DNA of 64,000 nt, taken from NCBI GenBank assembly GCA_000091205.1, contig AP006488.2. One strand, given 5' to 3'. The notes beneath the pieces are model-generated. The model saw only the letters and a program-made list of their open reading frames with translations. It had not been told where the DNA came from and did not search any database. The stretch is from Cyanidioschyzon merolae. Lineage: Eukaryota. Position numbers and translations under genes: made by a program. Positions 22,527-33,743 of this stretch are shown here, piece after piece (position 1 is the first letter of the stretch; every line of letters begins with the position of its first letter).

Positions 22527-22836
22527 GCCCTTCTCGAGCGCAGTACACTGCGACCTTTTCTGAACCGCTGTTGTTACCAGCTTCAACAGCCTTAGCCTCT
22601 AAGGTTTGGCTTTGGCGACCCAGTGCAGTGCCCTTCTCGAGCGCAGTACACTGCGACCTTTTCTGAACCGCTGTTGTTACCAGCTTCAACAGCCTTAGCC
22701 TCTAAGGTTTGGCTTTGGCGACCCAGTGCAGTGCCCTTCTCGAGCGCAGTACACTGCGACCTTTTCTGAACCGCTGTTGTTACCAGCTTCAACAGCCGTA
22801 GCCTCTAAGGTTTGGCTTTGGCGATCCAGTGCAGCG
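22527..22836. repeat. 103-bp tandem repeat x3 in the divergent intergenic region between the laforin-like gene and EDC4
   Basis: The unit gcccttctcgagcgcagtacactgcgaccttttctgaaccgctgttgttaccagcttcaacagccttagcctctaaggtttggctttggcgacccagtgcagt recurs at 22527, 22630 and 22733. It produces three overlapping near-identical artefactual ORFs (MKLVTTAVQKRSQCTALEKG…). Confidence 0.9.
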
Positions 22837-22952
22837 TTTGCGGCGACGCCATAGCACCACAGCACCAGTTGTCTACGGAAGCCGTCTGGGGCTTGACGCG
22901 TTCCTGAAGCGTACTTTTCAGACTTTAGCGCTTCTATCAGTTTGCTTTTGGA

Positions 22953-25694
22953 TTGTGGGACCTCTCTAATATGGAGACACATATAATTAGCGACGAGGAT
23001 GAAAGACTCGCTAGACAGCGAAAAATGCTCTTCGAAAAGTTCGGGATAGAAGCGGACACTCTGGGGGACGCGGCACCGTCGGCGGTACCTCCGAACAAAA
23101 GCGCTGAATACACGGAAGCGGACCGCGTTGGTGTACTAGGCAAGACGTCTTGCGGACAGGCGCAAGGTCAGAGGGCGATTTCACCCCCCAGCACTCCCAG
23201 TGTGGTTCAAATTGCAGAGGAAAGTCAGGATGCAGACCTTCATAACGCAACGCCCGACCCCCAGCGAGACTACGGACTGCGTCTGCTTGGAAGCAGGTTT
23301 CATTATCGCGCAAGCTTGCACGAACAGGCTCGAGCATCACGGGAACTGTTCGCGGTTACACCAGTGACGGCGTACGCGTCGCCGCTGGTGGAGAGCTCAG
23401 CGCACCGCATTGCTGTGCACGACCACTGGATCGCTTATGCGGTGAAAAACCATATCCGGTTGCTCGATAGGCTCCAAATCCAGCGCGCCCTCCTGAAAGG
23501 CCACGAGGGCCCTGTCGAGGAGCTCTCCCACGCACCGCAGTGCCCACAGCTCCTGCTCTCTAGTGCAGCCGATGGTAGTGTAATCTTCTGGCGGCTCGAG
23601 GGTTGGGATGGAACGTCGCGATCGCCGAGCGAGCACCTACAGTGGCGCTTTCAGCTCTCGAACCGACGGAGTTCCCGTATTGCGCTCTCCCCAGATGGAC
23701 GCTGGATAGCCTTCACAGAGGACGCTCGGGTACACGTGCTTCCCGTCACCGCTGATGGCGATGTGGAAAGCAGGCAGCACACAGTGATTCCAACAACGCA
23801 TGAGGTTCGTGATATTGCTTTCGTTGCCAAGGCAGCTGCAGCTGGTTGGTTGCTTGTTTTAGCTAGTGCTCATGGAATGGTACATATCGCTGAACCGGAG
23901 CACGGCACGATCGTGGGGGAGTTCTGCGCTCACAGTGGGGCGCCAGTGGAACGTGTCCTCAGCCTCGCGCCGCAGGTGCTCGTCACTGCAACATCGTGTT
24001 GTACAGAGCTGTGGTATTGGCGACTCGTTGGGCTCTGGGCTCCGCCGCAGAGCGGCAGCGTACAGCTCCTCGCGCGCTGCTCTTTTCATGAATATGCGAG
24101 CTTGGGGCCGCTAGCGACCGATCCCGAGGGAGAATTCCTCTTTCTCGCGAATCACGAGACCAGGCAACTTTTTGTTCTGCACCATGCGAGTGGAACCTTT
24201 ATCCCGGATTATTTGGTGCAGGTGCCTCTGCGGTATTCGATTGCCAGCTTCTGTGCGACTCGTTCTGTTCGTCGAGAACGTGACCTGGATGAGAAGTCTG
24301 GACTACCACAGTTGCGTGAAAACGTCTTTCTTGACCTGTGGTGCATGCATGAAAAGTGTATTCAGGGGTATCATGTACGTCGCGAACACTTGGCGCCAGC
24401 AGGAGAAGCACCCCCGGCCGAGTTGTCGCTCGAGAGCTCCAATCATGACGAGAACTATAATGATCTTGATGACCCTGTTCATGATGATGATGATGATCGT
24501 CATCGTGCTGTTGGTGCTGCTGGTGACGATGATGATCATGGTGATGCTGCCGGAAACCGGGTGCACGGGCGACCTGTGCTGGACGTTTCAGCTTCGCAGC
24601 CACTCGAGGGGTTGATGTCGACGTCGCCGCCGGTGCTGGTGACCCACACCCATACCCTGTACGAGGCTTTTCGGAAGATCGCTCCGCAACTGAAGCAGCG
24701 AAGCTCAAGCTCCAGAAAGCACTCGGCCATTGGCGTGGGCAGCGCTGCCTCAAGCTCTCCGAGTCCAAATGCTGGCGACGCTGCCTCAAGTTTGCCAGTC
24801 GATGTTCGAACACTTGCTCCAGAGAGCAATGGTGAAGCTGGCGCTGCTACGCCAAAGCGCGGAGACTTTCCAGATCAGGCGACGAGCGCTGGAATGCCTT
24901 TGTTCACGGAGAAGCGCATTCTGGAACTTGAAGCGCGACTGACGCGTATAGAGCAGCTCCTGCATGAACTCATGGGCACGGTGAACCACACCAGGTCGGA
25001 GACAGCCTCGACGATGCACGGTCTTCTCCAACAGATTGCCAAAGAGCACCTCGTGCCGGCTCTGATGCGCACCAGTGCCGAGACGGCAACATCGCTCTCT
25101 CGAGCGCTCGACGAGGCCATACGGGTTCGCTTCAAGCCGGTTACCGAACAGCTGGAACAAGCGTTACAGCGGACACTGCAATGGCCCACGTCAGGACCTG
25201 TGTCTTCTGCTGGAATGACGGCGACGACACTGGTGCCCACCGGGTACACGGCACCGACACCGACACCACGAGAGCAGATCCTGCGATGGCTGCATCAACA
25301 ACCGATGCCGGACGAGGATCGAGCGTTTCACGCAGCGCTCAATCTAAGTGATCTGGAGACGTTGGTCTGGCTCTGCAAGCAGTGCTCTCCGGAGCTTGTC
25401 TGCGAGAAGCTCTCCCAGCCTGTGCTCCTCTCTCTGGTCCAGCAGTTAGGTTTCGATTTGCGGACCCATCTCGAATGCAAGTTATCGTATTTAGAGGAAG
25501 CGGTGCCGCTGATTCAACCGAAAGATCCGATTATCGCTCGGCATATGGAACCAACCATGCGTCAGCTTGTGCATAATCTAGATGAACAGGTTTTACATGC
25601 TGGTGAAGAGGTTGCACCTGCGCTTCGGACGCGGGCTCGTTTGCTGCGCAAGGTCGCCACGCTGTTGCTCCTTTCACCATCGCCAGCGAGTTAA
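22953..25694 (+). CDS. EDC4: Enhancer of mRNA decapping 4 (EDC4/Ge-1/VARICOSE)-like: N-terminal WD40, acidic/Ser-rich linker, C-terminal helical domain
   Basis: The N-terminal region has WD-repeat character. The C-terminus has LSQPVLLSLVQQLGFDLRTHLECKLSYLEEAVPLIQPKDPIIARHMEPTMRQLV, which closely resembles the conserved EDC4 C-terminal block (…LSQPVLLSLIQQL…KLSYLEEAV…DP.I..HM…). A coiled-coil segment precedes it. Confidence 0.6.
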   Translation: MWDLSNMETHIISDEDERLARQRKMLFEKFGIEADTLGDAAPSAVPPNKSAEYTEADRVGVLGKTSCGQAQGQRAISPPSTPSVVQIAEESQDADLHNATPDPQRDYGLRLLGSRFHYRASLHEQARASRELFAVTPVTAYASPLVESSAHRIAVHDHWIAYAVKNHIRLLDRLQIQRALLKGHEGPVEELSHAPQCPQLLLSSAADGSVIFWRLEGWDGTSRSPSEHLQWRFQLSNRRSSRIALSPDGRWIAFTEDARVHVLPVTADGDVESRQHTVIPTTHEVRDIAFVAKAAAAGWLLVLASAHGMVHIAEPEHGTIVGEFCAHSGAPVERVLSLAPQVLVTATSCCTELWYWRLVGLWAPPQSGSVQLLARCSFHEYASLGPLATDPEGEFLFLANHETRQLFVLHHASGTFIPDYLVQVPLRYSIASFCATRSVRRERDLDEKSGLPQLRENVFLDLWCMHEKCIQGYHVRREHLAPAGEAPPAELSLESSNHDENYNDLDDPVHDDDDDRHRAVGAAGDDDDHGDAAGNRVHGRPVLDVSASQPLEGLMSTSPPVLVTHTHTLYEAFRKIAPQLKQRSSSSRKHSAIGVGSAASSSPSPNAGDAASSLPVDVRTLAPESNGEAGAATPKRGDFPDQATSAGMPLFTEKRILELEARLTRIEQLLHELMGTVNHTRSETASTMHGLLQQIAKEHLVPALMRTSAETATSLSRALDEAIRVRFKPVTEQLEQALQRTLQWPTSGPVSSAGMTATTLVPTGYTAPTPTPREQILRWLHQQPMPDEDRAFHAALNLSDLETLVWLCKQCSPELVCEKLSQPVLLSLVQQLGFDLRTHLECKLSYLEEAVPLIQPKDPIIARHMEPTMRQLVHNLDEQVLHAGEEVAPALRTRARLLRKVATLLLLSPSPAS

Positions 25695-28600
25695 AGGACT
25701 TGAGTGGAAGTACGCTTTAGGTCCGATCGTAAATTTCCTATTGCGCCTTGTTCTAATGTAAGTGACACAAAGGACTTGAGAAGAGGTACGGTTTAGGTCT
25801 GATCGGAGATATCCCGTGGCAGACTTGCCTTCGACAATATCCTGGAACGCATCGTGCGACGAGCGCCATACCGCGCACTACGATGTTCGCAGAGCAGTGG
25901 ACCCTGGAACGCATGTACCAGTACTTCTTGATTCGGCTTTCTGTCTCGCTGGTATACGAGAAAAGGGAGTGTCATTCGCAGATCGAAGAAAGGTCGCGGA
26001 AAGACTTGATGGTACAACTGCGGCCTTGCGAAAGAAACACAGGCAAACTTCAAGTTACCAATTCAACGTTCAGCAGGTAGATAAGCAATGCTTATCGTAG
26101 CAGCTATTCGGCAAGAAAAGCAACCAAACGGGAATGCCCCGAACATTATCCGCATGACTGTTTCCTCGTCGATCCATGGTTGGCGGCACATTCCCTGCGA
26201 AAAACTGCACGAGAGGCAATAGGATATGGAGTTTCCGTATCTTAGATACGAACAAATATGAAGACGCACGGAGGGTAAAGGAAATAACGTGCGTCCAGAT
26301 TGGTTTCATACTAACTTGCAAACGCTCAGAAAAAGAGCGATGCTTGTTCATCTCACTCGTTGAGCCTGCATTCGAAGGAAATGCTAGACATGTCCATGGG
26401 AACTCAAGTAGCGGCAAACATGTGTTTCTAAATAAAAGACAAGCGACAGTGAAGACTGCATCAGTCCTAGCGTCAATGGGATCATATGGTTGCCTCTATA
26501 TCGCCACACGGATCGGAATGTTCAACAAATTATGCTTCTTCATCGGAGCATTTCTTGGCTTCTTCTTTGCACAGCTTTCTCACCTGATCTCTGATAAGAT
26601 GGTGTTTTATCGCGCCAAAGCAGTCGTGGAGCATGCAGCTGCTACTGATATTGAGCTGCTCTTCATGCCAGCCTATTCTATCCAGTTCAGTCGAGTCAAA
26701 AGCGTGTTCTCTGTTGTCGAACGCCATCATTTCGCGCAGAGATCAATGGACTGGTCGTTTGAATCCGTGACACCTTTATTCGACATGTCGACCTCTGTTG
26801 TCATTAACCCTTAAATGCTCCGTTGTGTCTTTGCTCATGCACCAAAGAGAGTGCGATGCAACCGTGCTGCCCGTGGGCGTACTCGCGGCCGAGAAGGCAA
26901 TGGGAATGTACTTGAGGCATCATTGGTACGTTCTAGAAATGACGAGTTTGTTTTCGAGTTTCCTCCCGGAGCTTCTTCATCCCGAAGGAGGCACCGAATA
27001 TGGACTATACCGTGCACAACAATGCAATGCAGCTATGAAAATAAGAAGACGAAGAAAAGCATGAAATTTCAGAGGAAATGACGAACAGGAATCGGAACGA
27101 ATACCTATCGCAATGGAAAGAACCGTTTGAATCCGTGTTCACGGCCACGGCACAATGACATATCGACGACAAGAATCTTTCAGACTGAGAGCTATGCGAC
27201 ACCATCCAGGTTTGCGCAGCTTCCCTCGCCTTGATGCACGTCATCGAGCAACTTTTCACAAGAGATTACGACGCGTGACTGCCACCTGTCCACATTCTAC
27301 CGGAATTCTAGGATCGTACTTTCGTACGAGTACGCAAACGATGCTCGGGGCAGAAGCTGTAGTACAGCCTGACCGTAGGATCAGGGATTCGTAGACACGC
27401 TTCCCAGAGTACGAGTTCTTGCCGCCGCGCCACGTCAGTTAATCTCGCTTCTACAGCTCGGTGCCAAAAAGTAGCAAACGAACCTAAAAAACCACGGGCT
27501 GGTCAATTTCGAGCGCCTCATGAGTCGCACCCCGTGCGCATTCGAGTTTCATCTTACCTACCCAGAAAAGTCGACGTTGATGGAAGAAATTCATGGGGCG
27601 AAGATCATGGCGATTGATCAGCGAAATGGTCCAAGAGCAGAGGATGGTACATAGCTCTGGTGAGGTGTCCCAACGAGAGCAAGAGTCGCTTCAGAGCGTC
27701 CAGGCTAACCCTGTTGCGCTTCGTCTTGGGCCGTCGGGCGTTGTATCCTGTAAATAAGTGAAACGTAACGCATGTCTTGCTTGCATCAAGCGCTGCGACG
27801 TCATTCTGAACAGATCCCACCGGAGCACGGCAGACATACTACCCGAATCCGAGTACGCTCGCCTCCTCAAGGTTCTGTCCGAACATGTCCCAGCAGGTGA
27901 GACTGAGACCCATCGCATTGCAGCAGATATGTCTATCGTATACGATATGGTCTTGTCGTGATCTTCGGCGCGTATCTGCATGCAGATATGAAGCAGTGAA
28001 CCAGCACTGCGAAGGGCATTGGCGAAGCTCATGCAACGACTCGCGTTTACAGGCAGAAATTGGAAAGAGGCTGACATTGCAATGGAACCCCACCGAGTAT
28101 CCATCCGCATGCACTTTGCCAAACCGAGGCCTGAGTCGAGCATCGAGATTCGTTGTCAGCCGTAAAAGGTAGATGAAGAGAAAGGCTTCACGGCGGACGT
28201 GGATCTCGGGTTGAAGGCCATCATGGTCGTCGCCGTACCTCTGGATCAAGAGGACAGCACCGATGGCCGCAGCGGTAAGCAGAGGAAGCTGCTCAAAATC
28301 ATCCAGGGCTCTATTGGATCCAGTGTCGGGCACAGTGGACGCCAGCAGGCGAGCCACCAGGTGAAATGGTGGTGTCAGGACGCCTCGCGACGCTCTGACT
28401 ACGCGATCGATCCCAGCTGGATATGTTGTGTGCTTCCAACTCAGAGCGTACATGAGCGTCCAAATAACGAGCGCCGATGATCTTCAGCGGATGTCCATGA
28501 GATCGTCCAGCGTTCGCCAACGGTTTCTATTGTCAAGCGGCATACATCTGCCATCTTGTTCCGTTCGCTGGAAAAATGGCATGTGGGACATGTCGTGTAG

Positions 28601-29449
28601 TATCACGGGAATCTGTTTCGTTGGATGAGCTGTTGCACACAAAGGCTGCATTGCCGCTCCTTCGACGAGTGCGTACGCTAACTGCATGAATCGATTCTCT
28701 CGCAGGCCCATCGATGTGTGCGGGACGCCATACCCACATATAATGGGTACGAGAATGCCCGTTGAAACTTTTAGAGACTATGTGCATAAAACCGAGTCGA
28801 GTGCACGAGATCATGGTCTATGGACAGCGTACCATACGTCAGATGGCAAGGCAATGGAAAGCGAGAAGCGCGCTATCGTATGATTCCATCACCGGCAAGA
28901 ATACGCGCAAGCACACACTGCACCGAGTCCCGGAAAAAACGTCGATCAACATCCGGACACTTTGCCTAGTTCAGGAGCATCCAGCGCTTACGTGTCGAGA
29001 AATGCGTCTCGAAAGAATCGTTCAGAAGTTTGTATAGGCATTTTACTGAAACGCTGGTGACTTGCGGTGGTATTCAAATCAGTTGCCCCGACAAAGCGGA
29101 CTGGATTCCAACCCAGAACTGGGAGCTGAAACGGCACCGTTCAACTGCCCAGTGAGAGAATGAGAGCAGAGCGCCGCATACTCACATCGAGAACGATTCT
29201 CGCAGGCAACCGATAGACGATCATGGGGTTCCACCATTCGATATTCCTGCGTATGTCACGGACTCGTCATTCCGAGGCTGGTTCGTGCCCCAGCTCTGCC
29301 GTTCGGTACCTGGATACCTGGGTCAGGCAGCACGACCCAAACATTGCTGGGTACCGACCACGAAACGTTGCTTTACGCCAGGAGAGTCGCAGTCGCGATG
29401 TTCCTCGCGAAAACGCCCCGCCATACACACACAAACTGCGGATCGTGGC

Positions 29450-31777
29450 TCAAGTCGTCGCTACAGTGGCGCGGCGTAGATGCTCAAGGAATATTTCCAT
29501 GGAAACATCATCGGTATAGATGAACTCGGCAGCGGCACTGCCGCTAAGTACATCGACATTACCGCTTGTGTGGGTAGCACTGGGGTTCAGTTTCGCGAGC
29601 AGAAAACGCGCTTGGGATCCGTACTGGTCCGACTCTACCCAGCGCGGATACGGGAAACGCGCTGCAATGCACGCTGCCGCATCTCGCCGCGGTATTTCCA
29701 GCAGCTCCGCCAAGTTTCGATAATTTGGCTGCAAATGATAGCCTGCTTTGCGCCACTGGGCAACGGTGTCACCATAAAAGATAACGATGTAGAAGAAGGC
29801 ATCGAGAAAGAGGACAACGTCGGGCCGAACGCTGGCCACATCGAGCAGCACCGGTGTAGGCGCGCTCTCCAACGAGTACTGAATCAGGCTGGGTTGAATC
29901 ATGAGCATACCATCCGCGGTACTCACCCGACACAAATGCGAACGAAAGAACGCAGACTCATCGGGTGAGGTATTGAACGTTTGCAGTAACGCGCTCCGTC
30001 GCAAATGATACATGAACTGAGGATAGAATGACATGCTGGGGCCAAGTCGGAACGTCTCGGGCCGTTCCTTTTGGTAGTCGCCAAAGCGCGCACATAATCG
30101 AATCAAAAGCCGATCCAGCCATCGGAGGATATCGAAGGCCTCTTCGTTTTCCGTACGGAAAGCAGCGAGACGCGCCATGGTGACGGCGGCTGCCTCTTGA
30201 TCGAAACCCGCTGCGAGGGTCACGAGGTCGTTGCCGTCGCACCAGCGCCCAGCATGCGTCGCTACCCGCATTCGGAACTCGCCCGAGCTGTGTTGGTAAG
30301 TTGTTCGAAACTGTATGTACCGATAGTGATTCTCGGGAATCCCATTCGACTGCTGGTTCACAACGTCGAAGAAAACGCTGAGGCTCGTGTCCGGCGAGAT
30401 GCTCCCAATTCGCCATGCACAGGTACCCCCAATACCAATTTCCGTGTCCGTGGAGACGCTGGGTCCTTTCTTCTCCAGGGAAGCCGAGGGTCCGATCACG
30501 CCGGCAATCTTGAACTCCCGAGAGCAGTCGACCTCGAGTGTTGCCAAGAAATGGCGCTTAAGATGTCCATTTTCATCGCATTCAAAGAACTTCTCGAACG
30601 AACGCTTGAACATGTCGTGCTCAAAGGATTCAGCCATTACGAAAACGCCTCCGGTGCGATCCACGCACGCTTTCATCTCATAGAAACCGACCTGATCCAG
30701 GGAACATCCGAATACGGAGAGCGCGTGCCCGGCGTTCACCAGGCGCGTGGCTACCTCATCGTAGTGCTTGAGCGCCTTTTTCAAATGCGGTGCATTGTCT
30801 TTCTCAATATCGATATGAGAGCGCAGCTCTTCATCTAGCTTTGGACCAACGATGGTGCCGGGACCCTCGGTGCAAGGCCCGCCTTGCAACAGGCAAATAT
30901 GTGCTCCGTAGCCCCTGTAGGTGCATTCCAGGAGAGCCGCAGCCGCTGCGAGTGCGGCACCCGTACAGCGCTTTGGCCGTTCGTCGGCCGGCACTGGCCA
31001 GGCGTCACGCTGAAGGCCCTCCAGAAGCGTTGCCATCATATACTCGCATTCTTGTATGGGTTGGAGAAAGCGGTCTGGAGGTGCCAGTTTTGAATGAGCG
31101 CCCGCTGCTGTCGCATCAGCACGCTGTTTGGCGGCAGCGCTAGCTCCAGCGCCAGCAGCTGCAGAGGCGCCGCCCAGTCCAAGCAACGGCTGCAGTGACG
31201 CTGCATCATAGGATTTGTTCCCTCGAAGGATGTACGATCGAAAGCCTTCAGTGAACCCAATCTCATGAACCTGCAGGTGCTGCCCGTACGTAATCAGGCC
31301 CACTGTTGTTCCTGGCGGTAGCAGCGAAAGCGCCTTGAGGAGGTACTCCTTCACCACCGTGAACTGTTTCTCGGGCACTGTCGTGTCCAGTACAAAGAGA
31401 AATGCCGGCGGTGGGGCCGGTGGCCTATTCAAACGATACTCTACAACTGTGTATTCCGGAATGAGCTCAGATGGCAGCTGGTTATCCGGGATGCTCGCAT
31501 ACTGTGGAGGGAGCTGGTTGCGCTGAAACGTAAACGGACAAACCCACATCCGCGCGTTGATGTCCACGCTACAGTACGGGTTGAGCACCGTACCCTCCCG
31601 CGACGTCACCGGCGGGTACGGCAGCGGAGGGGGCATGTTTGGTAACGGTCGCAACGGTGTAAAAAGACACGCAAACGGAAGCACGCACTGGCTAGCTGCG
31701 GCCTTGGTCGTTGGCCAGAACAGCCACGTCCAGCGCGTGCCGTCCACTTCCTCCAGTTGCGCGAAGTCTATAGACAT
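29450..31777 (-). CDS. SEC23: COPII coat subunit Sec23, 775 aa
   Basis: The N-terminus has DGTRWTWLFWPTTKAAASQCVLPFACLFTPL…NPYCSVDINARMWVCPFTFQRNQLPPQY (zinc-finger region). The C-terminus has the gelsolin-like domain …FIYTDDVSMEIFLEHLRRATV. There is full-length collinearity with Sec23. Confidence 0.9.
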   Translation of the reverse strand: MSIDFAQLEEVDGTRWTWLFWPTTKAAASQCVLPFACLFTPLRPLPNMPPPLPYPPVTSREGTVLNPYCSVDINARMWVCPFTFQRNQLPPQYASIPDNQLPSELIPEYTVVEYRLNRPPAPPPAFLFVLDTTVPEKQFTVVKEYLLKALSLLPPGTTVGLITYGQHLQVHEIGFTEGFRSYILRGNKSYDAASLQPLLGLGGASAAAGAGASAAAKQRADATAAGAHSKLAPPDRFLQPIQECEYMMATLLEGLQRDAWPVPADERPKRCTGAALAAAAALLECTYRGYGAHICLLQGGPCTEGPGTIVGPKLDEELRSHIDIEKDNAPHLKKALKHYDEVATRLVNAGHALSVFGCSLDQVGFYEMKACVDRTGGVFVMAESFEHDMFKRSFEKFFECDENGHLKRHFLATLEVDCSREFKIAGVIGPSASLEKKGPSVSTDTEIGIGGTCAWRIGSISPDTSLSVFFDVVNQQSNGIPENHYRYIQFRTTYQHSSGEFRMRVATHAGRWCDGNDLVTLAAGFDQEAAAVTMARLAAFRTENEEAFDILRWLDRLLIRLCARFGDYQKERPETFRLGPSMSFYPQFMYHLRRSALLQTFNTSPDESAFFRSHLCRVSTADGMLMIQPSLIQYSLESAPTPVLLDVASVRPDVVLFLDAFFYIVIFYGDTVAQWRKAGYHLQPNYRNLAELLEIPRRDAAACIAARFPYPRWVESDQYGSQARFLLAKLNPSATHTSGNVDVLSGSAAAEFIYTDDVSMEIFLEHLRRATVATT

Positions 31778-31982
31778 GACCTCCAGAACGTCTCAAACTA
31801 CGCACTGTTTACCAGGTAGGGTCAAACGCCCCCACGATCAGGCCCGAAAGACTCTGCCTAAGCGCTCGTGTTCGGCTCTGCGCTCTCCCGAACGTCGAGC
31901 GAATGACCTGTTGCGTAACTGCTGCCGCGGCGGCGGCAGCAGAGGCGAATGATGAGACCCAGCGCTTACCGAGTGCGCACTA

Positions 31983-32720
31983 TAGGAAAAGGAACAGAAA
32001 CGAACCTCTAACTAGCAAAGAGATCACATTTTCTTTCCTTCTCTATGATAAACATTAAAAGGGGGAACATGTTTTCGATATTTTAGAACGTTTACGTTAT
32101 CGGCGGTAGGTTCCGCGAGCCGGACAAGACTGTCTGGGCTAGTGTATCACGCTCGTCCCGGTGGCGGGTGCTGTAGTGCGGTCTGAGCTGCAACTCGTCC
32201 AAACTGCAGTTTATTCTGGGACTTGATAGATTAGATCTCTTCCGGGTGTCGCCCTCGTTGCGGTGGACTCCACGTATATCGCTTTGCGCTGTCGCGTGCA
32301 GTGGGTTTGTCTGCGGAGCTTGCTGGCTCCGAGAATGATCATATACTCCGACTCTGTGTCAGGTGAAGCATTCCTCGATCCGACGCCCTCAGTAGTATGG
32401 CAACGCCGTTCTGTCTCTGTTATGCATCGGCATCAGCGGATTAGAGGGTAAGGCGGGTGCATCAACGCATGCACCCGACGAATGACAGGAAGCACGAGAC
32501 GAGTAGTACATCCGAAAGGAAGTATACGTAATGGAATCTGGAGTTAGAATGCAGCATGATGGATGCTTTCGCTGAATCCGATACCCATGCATAGCGCAAC
32601 CTCGGATCCATTGTCAATGTGAGTGTTTTTCCATCGGAAAAATGAAGCACGTAGCTCTATCGTACAAATTGTAACGATGTTCAAGTCGTAGAAAAGTACA
32701 TTGTTTGTCCTCAATTGTGT
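31983..32720 (+). repeat. ~730-bp interspersed repeat 'R', copy 2, directly 5' of the Fanzor-like copy A
   Basis: See copy 1 (10178-10900). The same order of conserved blocks ends at the start of the Fanzor-like N-terminal ORFs. Confidence 0.6.
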
Positions 32721-33743
32721 TTCAACCTTCACACTAATGTATTCAAGTGCTTTTTCGCGCGTAATAGCTGTCCCATCCAAAGCGGTTTCGGTTTTTATAT
32801 TGAAAAAGGAAAGTTACGGAAGGGGAATTGGAGGATCCTGGGCGCCAGTGTCGCCGGCAGCCCGAAAAAACGAAGAACAGTGCCAAGTCCAAAGGAACAA
32901 GAGAAGAAGAAGAAGAAGAAGAAGTAAAAGCGGGAGGCCCTACGTCAAAGGCTACACAAAAGACGACGGTACGACGAGATGGCGGTGAAAGCCTGTCTTC
33001 TTCAACATACCAAGGATCCGTACAGGGAAAACGTTCGAGAGGCAATCTGGAACCGTGTCGAGCCGAACTCAAGCGGTGTCCGTGACGCTTCCCAAGGAAT
33101 GGCGCATTTCCTAAGGGAATGGTATCACGACGTTACGGACACCAAAACAGTCGAGGTTCTGGAAGAAATTTTCAACAAAACCTTTATTCATCACCGGATG
33201 CTTGGCACCGGGGAAACGTCTAGGTGAAATGAGCGAGTTCATGCCCTCCACAAAATTTACGCCGAATTCCGCTTCGACGGTACTCGATACAGGGGGGGAT
33301 TCGAATATTTACACCTACGGGGCGATGAAGTACCTCACCAGTCTAAAGAACCATTTAACAATGAACCCCAAAAACTTCGATCGCCAGCATGAAAAGGAGA
33401 TCGAATTCATCGACGAGACGACATCACTCAGGGGCATGAACGAGGATTCCGTCATCCGTACGGTTATACAAGAGCATCGTGCTGTCTTGGGACTGGCGAA
33501 TCCAGCAGAAAAGATATCAGAGTGGAAAGAAGATAAGGAACGATACTATCGCCTCATCCTACGGTATTTCGTGTTTTTTGGCCGAGAACTCGAACGCAAG
33601 GCAGAGATGAAGCTGAGTGGGGAAAAAATGAAGAATGGGAGAGACGAAAGGCTGCGCTTCTGGGTAAGAGCTTAAACATCGTTCCGTTGTGAAACATCAA
33701 GTCACATTTTAAGACTATCGACTGCAGAGTCCTTCATGACATC

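Noticed and set aside
22354-22982. Three near-identical ORFs beginning MKLVTTAVQKRSQCTALEKG….
   Set aside because: They arise from the 103-bp tandem repeat. They sit in the intergenic promoter and have no homology.
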